Positions 1 through 8,833 of a stretch of 64,000 nt of DNA are shown here, one piece after another. Source of the DNA: Candidatus Parcubacteria bacterium. GTDB lineage: Bacteria; Patescibacteriota; Minisyncoccia; Phycocordibacterales; PALSA-1337. The stretch is taken from NCBI GenBank assembly GCA_039799225.1, contig JBDLTF010000005.1, positions 2,884 to 66,883 of the forward strand, in the 5' to 3' direction. How positions within the stretch are numbered: position 1 is the first letter of the stretch; each line of letters begins with the position of its first letter. Below the pieces are notes generated by a model that saw only the letters and a list, made by a program, of their open reading frames with translations, had not been told where the DNA came from and ran no database searches. The position numbers were made by a program, and so were the translations under genes.

Positions 1-830
1 TGATAGCTGATTACCATGCGCTCAATTTCATTCAGAACAAAGATGAGATGCGTGATAATATCCTCAATCTCACAATCGATTACTTAGCGCTTGGCCTCGA
101 CCCCAAGAAAGCAATCATTTTCAAGCAATCTGATGTCTCCGCGCATACCGAGCTCGCATGGATCTTCGACACTATAGTCACTGTGCCATACCTCATGCGC
201 GCGCATGCCTACAAAGATGCAGAGGCTAAGGACAAGGAGATCTGCGTAGGAACGTTCAATTATCCCGTATTGATGGCTGCCGACATTCTTCTCTACGACA
301 CAGATGTGGTACCAGTAGGACAGGATCAGAAGCAACACGTCGAATACGCGCGCGATATTGCGCTCAAGTTCAACCATACGTTCAAAGAGGAGGTTTTCAA
401 ACTTCCCGAGCCATTGATATTGGAAAATGTAGCGACTGTTCCTGGCGTTGACGGCAAGAAGATGTCCAAGAGCTACAACAACACCATTCCTCTTTTTGCT
501 TCTCGTGAAGAAATCACAAAAGCAGTCATGGGTATCGTCACTGATTCTGGCGGAGATGTCCCGATGAATGTATACAATATCCACAAGCTTTTCAGATCAG
601 CAGGGGATTTGAAGCCACTCTACGATGCTAATAAGGGCAAATACAAAGCTCTCAAAGAAGCGCTCATCGAAGATATCGACACATTCATCAAGCCTCTACG
701 AGAACGAAGGGCAGAGATCGCTAAGGATGAAGCTGCTGTATTGGAAATACTCAAAGAAGGAGGCTTGAGAGCCAAAGAATTGGCTGACAAGAAACTCGCG
801 GAAGTGAAGAAGGTTATCGGAGTTGCATAA
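1..830 (+). CDS. trpS: tryptophanyl-tRNA synthetase, 5'-truncated at window edge
   Basis: Reading frame is open from position 3 (IADYHALNFIQNKDE precedes the listed Met). Class I TrpS motifs GQDQKQH and KMSKS are present. Colinear with E. coli TrpS. Confidence 0.85.
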   Translation, partial: IADYHALNFIQNKDEMRDNILNLTIDYLALGLDPKKAIIFKQSDVSAHTELAWIFDTIVTVPYLMRAHAYKDAEAKDKEICVGTFNYPVLMAADILLYDTDVVPVGQDQKQHVEYARDIALKFNHTFKEEVFKLPEPLILENVATVPGVDGKKMSKSYNNTIPLFASREEITKAVMGIVTDSGGDVPMNVYNIHKLFRSAGDLKPLYDANKGKYKALKEALIEDIDTFIKPLRERRAEIAKDEAAVLEILKEGGLRAKELADKKLAEVKKVIGVA

Positions 831-877
831 GAGGGTACGTCTCAACTTACCAGATTTGATAAAATCCACAGAACAGT

Positions 878-2686
878 ATGGATACTACTAATGATGCCAA
901 GCCCGAAGAGATTGAGAAAATAACGAAGGAGAATCTCTATACCGGATTCAAAGTTCTCGTTAAGTATCTCAGCCAATACAAGAAGACCATCGTCATGCTC
1001 AGCGTGATTGGTGTCCTTTCTGCTATCGGCAACGGTATCGTGCCCTATATAGCCGGCAAATTCTTCGACGCTATCCTCACACCTTCTTCGTTCAACCTTC
1101 TCGGCTATATTCTACCTCTCTATGTAGTTCTACTCATTCTGTGGGCAGTCGTTCAGTTCGTCACATACATCATGGATTGGCGCATCAATATCACCAGTGA
1201 ATATCTCTCCAACACTATCTGGCTCGACTATCTTTCGAAAGGTTTCGGATATCTCTTGAATCTTCCTATCTCTTTCCACAAGCAAAACAAGATGGGAGAG
1301 ATTACCAACAAGATCAATCAGGCTGCTGGATCGCTGGAAACAATCGCCGGACGCATAGTCATCGACCTAGCCCCACAGATCTTGAGCATCATCATCGCCC
1401 TGATGGTAGCCTTCTATCTCAAACCAATACTGGCATCATTCCTGCTCTTGAGTGTCATCGTGTATGTATTCGTCCTTCTCCACAAAGTGAAACCTCTATC
1501 CGCGGTTCAAAAGGCATACTACGACAAATTCGGCTATATATGGGGTGAATCATACGATGTCATCACCAATACCTTGGCCATCAAGCAAGCCACAGCTGAG
1601 AGGTACGAACAGGACAAGATGGATAGAACCATGAAGAGTGCTGTGCCTTTGTGGATGCAACTAACCAAGATCTGGGGAGCATTGAGTCTCTACCAGCGAC
1701 TCACTATCCTTGTCACACAGATACTCATTTTTTGTATCTCAGTCATCTATATCCATCAGGGAACAATGACTATCGGTGAACTCTTGGCTTTCAATGCTTA
1801 CGCAGCCATGATCTTCGGGCCATTCGTAACCATCACTCGACAGTGGCAAACTATCCAGAACGGCATCATCAACATCCAAGAGACAGAGAAGATCTTGCAA
1901 ACAGAACCAGAAGCTTATTCACCTACAGACTCAAAGCCATTCACTCTCAAAGGTGACATTGATTTCAAAGATGTATCATTCAGCTATGATGAGGGTAAGC
2001 CAGTCCTCTCGGATATATCATTCTCTATCAAAGCTGGCCAAATCATCGCACTGGTGGGCGAATCTGGCGTCGGTAAAAGTACACTCATAGACCTAGTATC
2101 GGGATACAATTTTTCAACGAAAGGAGAAGTGGCCATTGATGGTGTCCCTATGCACAAGATTGACCTCCGAAGCTTGCGCAGTCAGATTGGAGTGGTGCCA
2201 CAAGAAGTTGTGCTCTTCAACGACAGCATCAAGACCAATATCAAATACGGCAATTTCAGTGCCACTGATGCTGAGATTGAAGCAGCTTCACTCAAGGCAC
2301 ATGCACTCGATTTCATAAACAAATTCCCTGAAAAGTGGGCACAGGTCGTCGGCGAACGCGGAGTCAAACTATCAGTCGGACAGAAACAACGTGTCGCCAT
2401 TGCTCGCGCCATCCTGCGCAATCCGAAGATTCTCATCCTCGATGAGCCGACTTCTGCACTGGATGCCGGATCAGAAAGAATCATCACTCAGTCACTCGAT
2501 GAACTCATGAAAGGGAAGACTACCTTCATCATCGCTCACCGCCTCAGCACTGTCCGCCGCGCCGATAAAATTCTCGTCTTCAAAGAAGGAAAAATCATAG
2601 AATCAGGTACTCACAGTGAACTTCTCGCTATCGAGGGTGGAGAATACCGTCGCCTGCATGAACTCCAGATCGGTTTGCACGACTAG
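878..2686 (+). CDS. ABC exporter, fused permease + ATPase (MsbA/ABCB-like)
   Basis: N-terminal multi-TM domain. Walker A GESGVGKST, ABC signature LSVGQKQR, Walker B ILILDEPTSALD, H-loop IAHRLS. Confidence 0.85.
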   Translation: MDTTNDAKPEEIEKITKENLYTGFKVLVKYLSQYKKTIVMLSVIGVLSAIGNGIVPYIAGKFFDAILTPSSFNLLGYILPLYVVLLILWAVVQFVTYIMDWRINITSEYLSNTIWLDYLSKGFGYLLNLPISFHKQNKMGEITNKINQAAGSLETIAGRIVIDLAPQILSIIIALMVAFYLKPILASFLLLSVIVYVFVLLHKVKPLSAVQKAYYDKFGYIWGESYDVITNTLAIKQATAERYEQDKMDRTMKSAVPLWMQLTKIWGALSLYQRLTILVTQILIFCISVIYIHQGTMTIGELLAFNAYAAMIFGPFVTITRQWQTIQNGIINIQETEKILQTEPEAYSPTDSKPFTLKGDIDFKDVSFSYDEGKPVLSDISFSIKAGQIIALVGESGVGKSTLIDLVSGYNFSTKGEVAIDGVPMHKIDLRSLRSQIGVVPQEVVLFNDSIKTNIKYGNFSATDAEIEAASLKAHALDFINKFPEKWAQVVGERGVKLSVGQKQRVAIARAILRNPKILILDEPTSALDAGSERIITQSLDELMKGKTTFIIAHRLSTVRRADKILVFKEGKIIESGTHSELLAIEGGEYRRLHELQIGLHD

Positions 2687-2698
2687 TCTCGTCATTAA

Positions 2699-2750
2699 TT
2701 CTCTATCAGTTCTTCACGATTCCTTCATACGGAATTGATATGATCGTGTG
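2699..2750 (+). promoter_or_regulatory. conserved upstream motif, copy 1 (TTCTCTATCAGTTCTTCACGATTCCTTCATA followed by TTGATATGAT)
   Basis: About 85% identical over about 30 nt to minus-strand copies at 11849-11900 and 25014-25065. Followed by an extended -10-like TGATATGAT. Lies 25-45 nt upstream of the ATG at 2775. Confidence 0.5.
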
Positions 2751-2774
2751 CATTAGTAGGTAACCGCACACATC

Positions 2775-2969
2775 ATGTCACTAGATTCAAAAGATCTCGA
2801 ACTTATCGAGAGTATCGTATACAAAAATAGCGACGACATCGCCATATCTATCGCACGCAGCTTCGAACGACTCGAGGAACGCATCGATGGGTCAGAGTCA
2901 CGCATTTATTCACGCCTCGCAGACATAGAAGACCGCATAGAGGCGAGCAGTCTTGCCGTACTCGATTAA
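2775..2969 (+). CDS. hypothetical small acidic/coiled-coil protein (64 aa)
   Basis: ORF preceded by the conserved upstream motif and an AGGT-like SD. No recognisable family. Confidence 0.35.
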   Translation: MSLDSKDLELIESIVYKNSDDIAISIARSFERLEERIDGSESRIYSRLADIEDRIEASSLAVLD

Positions 2970-2975
2970 AAACAA

Positions 2976-4337
2976 TTACTTGCTCACAATCTTGATACCA
3001 GAGGGAGTATCAGAAACACTGTAGCCACGATTCTCGATCTCGATACGGAGTGCATCAGCTTTGTCCCATTCCTTCGCCTTGCGAGCTTCCTCACGTGCAT
3101 CTGCAAGTGCCTGAACTTCGATGGGAACTTTCTCTTCTTCGACTGGTGCGAGCGAACCAAGCTTGAGGCCGAATACACGGTCAAAATCCAGTACAGTGGC
3201 ACGCTTATCAGCATCTGAGACAGAGGCATCCTTGAGAAGCTCCCAGACAAGAGCAACGGCCTGTGCCATACCGAGATCATCATTGATAAAAGCCACAAAA
3301 CGGCCCTTATAGGCCTCAGAAACAGCTCCTCCGTCTGGAAGGTTACTGACGGTAGTCATGAGCTTTATAAGGGCATTTTGAGCCCCACGGACGGCCTCTA
3401 GGGTGAAGTTTACTGGGGAACGATAATGAGCTGTGAGGAGCCAATAGCGATAGGCAAGAGGGGAGATCATGTCTTCTTCGAGGGTCTCAAGCTTGGCAAT
3501 GTTGCCCTTGGACTTCGCCATCTTCTCATCCGCCATGGTGATGAAAGCGCCATGCATCCAATAGCGAGCAAACTGCTTTCCGGTAGCACTTTCAGACTGT
3601 GCGATTTCGTTCGTATGGTGAGGGAAAATAAGATCCATACCACCTGTATGAATGTCGGCAGTCTCACCGAAAACTTTCATGGCCATAGCGGAACACTCGA
3701 TGTGCCATCCTGGTCTACCTGTGCCAAATGAAGCATCCCATGAATTATCGCCATCTTGTTCAGTCTTGAATTTCCAAAGCGCAAAGTCATGTGGATTATC
3801 CTTGTCATATTCATCATTGGCGATGCGCTGATGTGATGTATCATCCGAATTCTTGTCGAGCTTGAGATTTGCGAGCACACCATATTCTTTTACTTTCGAA
3901 ATAGCCATGTACACACCATCTGCAGACTTATAGACAACACCTTTTTCTATGAGTTTTTCAATAAGAGAAATCATATCTGCAATATGATCAGTCGCACGAA
4001 TGAGGTGGTGTGGAAGAAGTACATTCAGAGACTTCAAACCTTCAATGAAAAGGTCTTCGTATTTGCGCGTGACAGTCTCGAGCGATACTCCTTCTTCGCG
4101 ACTCCTCCTAATCGTCTTATCATCAACGTCCGTAATATTCATCGCCTGATCAACTACATATCCGTTGTATTCAAATGCGCGGCGAATGAGATCATTCATG
4201 ACGAAGGTACGATAGTTGCCGATATGAGGAGTGTCATACACCGTCGGACCACAGTGATACATAGAAACCGCTCCTTCCTTGAGAGGAGTGAAGGGTTCAA
4301 TCGATCGTGACAGCGTATTATAGAGTTTGATATCCAT
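2976..4337 (-). CDS. cysS: cysteinyl-tRNA synthetase
   Basis: HIGH-type motif PHIGN, KMSKS-type KMAKSKGN. Length 453 aa typical of CysS. Confidence 0.9.
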   Translation of the reverse strand: MDIKLYNTLSRSIEPFTPLKEGAVSMYHCGPTVYDTPHIGNYRTFVMNDLIRRAFEYNGYVVDQAMNITDVDDKTIRRSREEGVSLETVTRKYEDLFIEGLKSLNVLLPHHLIRATDHIADMISLIEKLIEKGVVYKSADGVYMAISKVKEYGVLANLKLDKNSDDTSHQRIANDEYDKDNPHDFALWKFKTEQDGDNSWDASFGTGRPGWHIECSAMAMKVFGETADIHTGGMDLIFPHHTNEIAQSESATGKQFARYWMHGAFITMADEKMAKSKGNIAKLETLEEDMISPLAYRYWLLTAHYRSPVNFTLEAVRGAQNALIKLMTTVSNLPDGGAVSEAYKGRFVAFINDDLGMAQAVALVWELLKDASVSDADKRATVLDFDRVFGLKLGSLAPVEEEKVPIEVQALADAREEARKAKEWDKADALRIEIENRGYSVSDTPSGIKIVSK

Positions 4338-4340
4338 GTT

Positions 4341-5270
4341 CTACATCCACTTCTTCTTCCTGAACATATACCAGATCGCTCCGCTCACGGCGAGCATGAA
4401 GAAGAGAATTCCATACCATCCGACACCGTGCTCGATGAGTGGCACATTGAGCGCAGGGATAGTGAAGAGTGCGGCGATGAATGTCGCAGGCTGGAATATG
4501 AACGCAACCAACGTGAGGCGCTTCATGATGTCATTCTGCTTGGTATTGAGAAGAGAATCATTGGTCTCACGGAGATCAGCGAGCAATTCGCGGGAATTGG
4601 AAATGAGTTCGCGGATGCGATTGAAGTCGTCGCGAATATCATGCATGTAGACGCTGAATTCTTTGCCGAAGACGGAAGACTCATCATGAGAGACCATGTC
4701 AGACCAAATCTCTTCATGCACACGAGCAGTCTGCTTGAAATCGATAAGCTCACGAGAGAGATCGGAGAGGGCCTCCACCATATGTCGCTCATCACCACCG
4801 AAGACGCGTGTCTCAGCGCTCACGAGAGCATCTTTGATATTCTCGAGGTCTTCGCACATACCCGCGTAGATACGCTTGACCATATAGTAGAAGAGGTGAC
4901 CCGCATGCTCGATCTTCTCCTCTTTGTTGAGGATGGAGTTGGTTTCAAAAACTTTGCCGAAATACTCGAGCTGTTCGATAGTATCGAAACGAGAGGTGAT
5001 GAGGAAATTCTTGCCAATAACGAAATCAATCTCACGATCCTCGATCTCATATCCGTCACCTTTCTTGGCACGAACACGAACAGGGAGGGTGAGTACAACG
5101 AGGATATATTCCTTATAAAAATCTATCTTCGCAAGAGTAGAAGACTCCATAAGCTCTTCGCCGACGAGTGGATGGAGTCCATAGCGCTTGACCAGGCCAG
5201 AGATTTCTTCAGTATCAGGATTGGAGACGTCGAGCCAGACGAGACCTTTCGAAGCGTGATGGGTAATCAT
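4341..5270 (-). CDS. CorA-family divalent cation transporter-like protein (non-canonical, lacks GMN)
   Basis: 309 aa with a soluble N-domain and two C-terminal TM helices ending FRKKKWM, as in CorA. The GMN selectivity motif is replaced by TIP (FTIPALN). Confidence 0.55.
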   Translation of the reverse strand: MITHHASKGLVWLDVSNPDTEEISGLVKRYGLHPLVGEELMESSTLAKIDFYKEYILVVLTLPVRVRAKKGDGYEIEDREIDFVIGKNFLITSRFDTIEQLEYFGKVFETNSILNKEEKIEHAGHLFYYMVKRIYAGMCEDLENIKDALVSAETRVFGGDERHMVEALSDLSRELIDFKQTARVHEEIWSDMVSHDESSVFGKEFSVYMHDIRDDFNRIRELISNSRELLADLRETNDSLLNTKQNDIMKRLTLVAFIFQPATFIAALFTIPALNVPLIEHGVGWYGILFFMLAVSGAIWYMFRKKKWM

Positions 5271-5319
5271 GGATGATATTGTAGCAAATCATTTCCACTT
5301 ATGCGATAATGTTCGCACA

Positions 5320-6528
5320 ATGAATACTCAAGACCGAAAAGTAGTTATTTTCCTCGTCGCACTTCCCGCACTTATCTTCGCTTTCTTTATCGGTATGTAT
5401 GTCGGAGGAGGGAAGACCACTGGTGGCAGCGTACTCGGAGATAATACTGCCGCTGTTTCAGATGATGAGTTCGCACCATTCTGGAAAGCATGGCGTGAGC
5501 TCGATGACAAATATGTCGCCGCAGCAAGTACCACGCCTGAACAGCGCGTCTGGGGATCTATTCAAGGTCTCGCATCTTCATATGGCGACCCATACACCGT
5601 CTTCTTCCCTCCAGTAGAAGCAAAGATGTTCGAAGAAGAAATCTCGGGTAACTTCGAAGGTGTCGGTATGGAAATCGGCGTGAAGGACAAACAGCTTCAG
5701 GTCGTTTCTCCTATCAAGAATAGCCCTGCCGAGCGTGCAGGCGTCAAAACAGGCGACCTCATTCTCAAGATTGGTGATAAGAGCACTATGGATATGTCGA
5801 CTGATGCCGCAGTGAAACTCATTCGCGGCGCGAAGGGAACTCCTGTTGTGATCACCTTCCTCCCGAAGGGAAGTTCCAAGCCTGTCGAACGCACTATCAT
5901 CCGCGATATTATCGATATACCTACTCTAGATACTGAGAGGAAAGAGGGTGGTATCTTCGTCATCCGTCTCTATAGCTTCACCGCAAATTCCGCCAATCTC
6001 TTCAGGAATGCACTCCGCGAATTTGTACTTTCTGGCGACAAGAAAATCATCCTCGATCTTCGCGGCAATCCAGGCGGCTACCTCGATGCATCGTGGGATA
6101 TGGCTTCATGGTTCCTCCCTGCAGGCAAGACTGTGGTCACTGAGGACTTCGGAGGTAATGCAGAACCTAAGGTCTATCGCAGTAAGGGATATGATATCTT
6201 CAGCAGCAACCTCAAGATGATTATCCTCGTCGATGGTGGCTCAGCATCAGCATCAGAGATTCTCGCAGGTGCACTCAAGGAAAATGGTGTGGCCAAGCTC
6301 CTCGGAACCAAGACTTTCGGAAAGGGATCCGTTCAGCAGCTCATCTCCATCACCCCAGACACCTCTCTCAAGGTTACTATCGCTCGCTGGCTCACTCCAG
6401 CCGGACACAACCTCTCACACGATGGTCTCGAACCTGACTACAAGGTCGAACCTACCGAGAAGGACATTACAGACAAGAATGATGTTCAAATGTCCAAGGC
6501 AGTTGAAATATTGAACGCAGCACAGTAG
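5320..6528 (+). CDS. ctpA: carboxyl-terminal processing protease (S41 family, PDZ-containing)
   Basis: TM anchor, PDZ segment GVKTGDLILKIGDK, S41 motifs LRGNPGGY and DGGSASASEILAGAL. Start moved to Met-18 (MNTQDRK) to avoid a divergent overlap with the upstream gene. Confidence 0.8.
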   Translation: MNTQDRKVVIFLVALPALIFAFFIGMYVGGGKTTGGSVLGDNTAAVSDDEFAPFWKAWRELDDKYVAAASTTPEQRVWGSIQGLASSYGDPYTVFFPPVEAKMFEEEISGNFEGVGMEIGVKDKQLQVVSPIKNSPAERAGVKTGDLILKIGDKSTMDMSTDAAVKLIRGAKGTPVVITFLPKGSSKPVERTIIRDIIDIPTLDTERKEGGIFVIRLYSFTANSANLFRNALREFVLSGDKKIILDLRGNPGGYLDASWDMASWFLPAGKTVVTEDFGGNAEPKVYRSKGYDIFSSNLKMIILVDGGSASASEILAGALKENGVAKLLGTKTFGKGSVQQLISITPDTSLKVTIARWLTPAGHNLSHDGLEPDYKVEPTEKDITDKNDVQMSKAVEILNAAQ

Positions 6529-6551
6529 TATAGGCCAATAACCCAAAATCC

Positions 6552-6995
6552 ATGAAAATCATCCTTTTGAAAGACATCTTGAAACTCGGCAGGAAATATG
6601 AGGTCAAAACTGTCAGCGATGGATATGCCATCAACATGCTCATCCCACAGAAGCAGGCTGTCTCCGCAACTCCAGACGCTCTCAAGCGCCTCGAAACAGA
6701 GCGTGCCAAGGTAGAAGGCGAGCGCAAGATCCAGGAAGACCTCCTCGTCAAGAATATTGAAGGTCTCAAGAACATCACTCTCAAGATTGTCGGTAAGGCA
6801 AATGAGAAGGGTCACCTCTTCGCAGGACTCCACAAGGAAGCTATCGCAGCTGAAATCGAGAAGCAGACCCGCCTCCAGATCGATCCTTCATTCATTGAGC
6901 TCGCACATCCTCTCAAGGAAGTCGGTGAGCACACTATTGATATCAAGGCTGCAGGAAAGGCAGCTAAGTTGAAGATTGTTATCGAGAAGGCATAA
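6552..6995 (+). CDS. rplI: 50S ribosomal protein L9
   Basis: MKIILLKDILKLGRKYEVKTVSDGYAINMLIPQKQA is a canonical L9 N-terminus. 147 aa. Confidence 0.9.
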   Translation: MKIILLKDILKLGRKYEVKTVSDGYAINMLIPQKQAVSATPDALKRLETERAKVEGERKIQEDLLVKNIEGLKNITLKIVGKANEKGHLFAGLHKEAIAAEIEKQTRLQIDPSFIELAHPLKEVGEHTIDIKAAGKAAKLKIVIEKA

Positions 6996-7015
6996 CCTCC
7001 ACTTTAAGTAGTAAA

Positions 7016-7045
7016 CAAAAAAGAGGCTTCGAAGCCTCTTTTTTG
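7016..7045. terminator. bidirectional rho-independent terminator between rplI and rpmA
   Basis: AAAAAAGAGGCTTCGAAGCCTCTTTTTTG. Perfect 9-bp stem with T/A tracts on both sides. Confidence 0.75.
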
Positions 7046-7061
7046 ATGTCCCTAGAAGGAC

Positions 7062-7334
7062 TTATTTGACGTGAACGATGTTCTTCCTGACGATATCGTT
7101 GTTGAATGAGGTCTTGCGCTTGGTTCCGTATGAGACGACACCATCCTTGAGAGCAAAGAGAGTGTGATCCTTACCAGTACCGACATTGGTACCTGGGAGG
7201 GTAGAGGTTCCGCGCTGGCGGAGGATAATCTGACCAACGGTGATTTTCTGGCCATGGTTGATCTTAACTCCAAGATATTTTGGATTTGAATCTCGACCGT
7301 TTTTTGTCTGACCGGCGGCTTTCTTATGTGCCAT
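7062..7334 (-). CDS. rpmA: 50S ribosomal protein L27
   Basis: [24 protein letters not shown] is a canonical L27. 90 aa. Confidence 0.9.
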   Translation of the reverse strand: MAHKKAAGQTKNGRDSNPKYLGVKINHGQKITVGQIILRQRGTSTLPGTNVGTGKDHTLFALKDGVVSYGTKRKTSFNNDIVRKNIVHVK

Positions 7335-7665
7335 AGTAGTGGGGGATTGCGATTAATTTAGTCACGACAATATAACATATACCCTGTAAAATTACAAGAA
7401 AAGAGGCATTATAGGGGCATTGGGGGCAATTGACCAGCTACGAGCCCCCTCAAATACCCCTATTTTGACCCCCTATCGGTATCCAGAACGGCCTCAGACC
7501 CAAACCTGTCAAGACATTCTACGGGTGAATCGAGCCATGAATAAGGCTATATTTAGAGCCGTATTATAGTGATTGAATTGATCAGTACCGATAATATGGC
7601 TCTACATAAGGGTATTTGAGGTGTAAAATATGGCTCAACAGAGCCATATTACAGCATCTAGCCCC

Positions 7666-7694
7666 TTGACTTATAAGCCTATAGGTGCTATACT
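7666..7694 (+). promoter_or_regulatory. sigma70-like promoter TTGACT-N17-TATACT
   Basis: Near-consensus -35 and -10 with a 17-nt spacer, 32 nt upstream of the ATG at 7726. Confidence 0.5.
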
Positions 7695-7725
7695 TGTTAG
7701 GTAAAGCGAATAGGTAACCTCATGG

Positions 7726-8217
7726 TTGCTCAGTTCGTTTTTTTTATTGAATATGCTTGAACTTACAACTGGTGTGATGTTCCTCATGTCGTCCCTCTAC
7801 GGTTCTGGACAAAGCGATAATCACATCGACACGATTAACGCGAACTCAGACACTATAGAGGTCACGACGACCGAAGCTCGCTCTCTGACAAGCTCAAAGC
7901 AGATGCAATCATATCTCCAGCAGGAGTACTTTGACACGCCGATCCTCATTGAGGTCGCGCGCTGTGAATCGGAGTACCGCCAGTTCGACTCGAACGGCAA
8001 AGTTATCCGCGGACGTGTTGTCGCGGACGATATCGGCGTGATGCAGATCAACGAATACTTCCATGGCGAGACCGCCAAGAAGATGGGACTCAACATCTAT
8101 ACCGCCGAAGGGAACGTCGCTTATGCGAAGTATCTCTACAGTAAGTATGGTTTGAAGCCTTGGTCAGCCTCAGCTCCGTGTTGGAACAAGAATGGAGACA
8201 TCGCTTTGGCTAAGTAA
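7726..8217 (+). CDS. secreted lytic transglycosylase-like (SLT/lysozyme-like domain) protein
   Basis: N-terminal hydrophobic segment. C-terminal GVMQINEYFHG...AYAKYLY resembles the SLT catalytic region. Confidence 0.55.
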   Translation: MLSSFFLLNMLELTTGVMFLMSSLYGSGQSDNHIDTINANSDTIEVTTTEARSLTSSKQMQSYLQQEYFDTPILIEVARCESEYRQFDSNGKVIRGRVVADDIGVMQINEYFHGETAKKMGLNIYTAEGNVAYAKYLYSKYGLKPWSASAPCWNKNGDIALAK

Positions 8218-8235
8218 ACGATTAAAAGAGAAGTA

Positions 8236-8274
8236 AAAGTCCTCACAAAATAAATTGTGAGGACTTTTACGTTT
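8236..8274 (+). terminator. rho-independent terminator
   Basis: AAAAGTCCTCACAAAATAAATTGTGAGGACTTTTACGTTT. 10-bp stem plus T-run. Confidence 0.7.
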
Positions 8275-8442
8275 CAAGAATTTGTTTAACGTTACCTATA
8301 GGGAAGAGAAGTGCGGAAATTTAATCCGGCTTGAATCTTGGCTGGATTCTTCCGCTCGATACCATGTCGCACAATATACATTAATTCACTTGCCTAGGGT
8401 AAAAATAAAACCCTTTGAAGGGCTTGGCTGCTGTTATTCTGC

Positions 8443-8772
8443 TTATATTGGTATCGCCTCTGGTTGCGGGATAACCGGCGCGCTTGATTGTAAACTATCT
8501 GGTTCCCCATTCTTTATCTTCTTGAGCGCGTCTATAGCTGGCTCCCAGATCAAATTTAAGAAAATATCTTTCCAGAGATATGTAACTGGCTTCTTGAGAT
8601 AATTATTCCAGACATTAATCATAACTTCTTGAGTATATGAGAAATTATCCCTTCCTGCGGGTGAATTCACGATATCGCGGATATTGAAACCGAAATAGCT
8701 CAATATAAGGAGCGCAACGACGATAAGAATAATCGTACGGATGAAACCTTGATTGTGGAGTGTTTTTTTCAT
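8443..8772 (-). CDS. hypothetical small membrane protein
   Basis: MKKTLHNQGFIRTIILIVVALLILSYFGF TM helix. Preferred over the overlapping plus-strand ORF 8282-8602. Confidence 0.4.
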   Translation of the reverse strand: MKKTLHNQGFIRTIILIVVALLILSYFGFNIRDIVNSPAGRDNFSYTQEVMINVWNNYLKKPVTYLWKDIFLNLIWEPAIDALKKIKNGEPDSLQSSAPVIPQPEAIPI

Positions 8773-8833
8773 ACCTCTATTGTACCGCACTCTATATTAG
8801 GCCTACAAGGTTACTTACAGGCCTATAACGTGA

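Noticed and set aside
8282-8602. Plus-strand ORF of 106 aa
   Set aside because: Overlaps the better-supported minus-strand membrane-protein gene 8443-8772. The sequence is low complexity with no start context.
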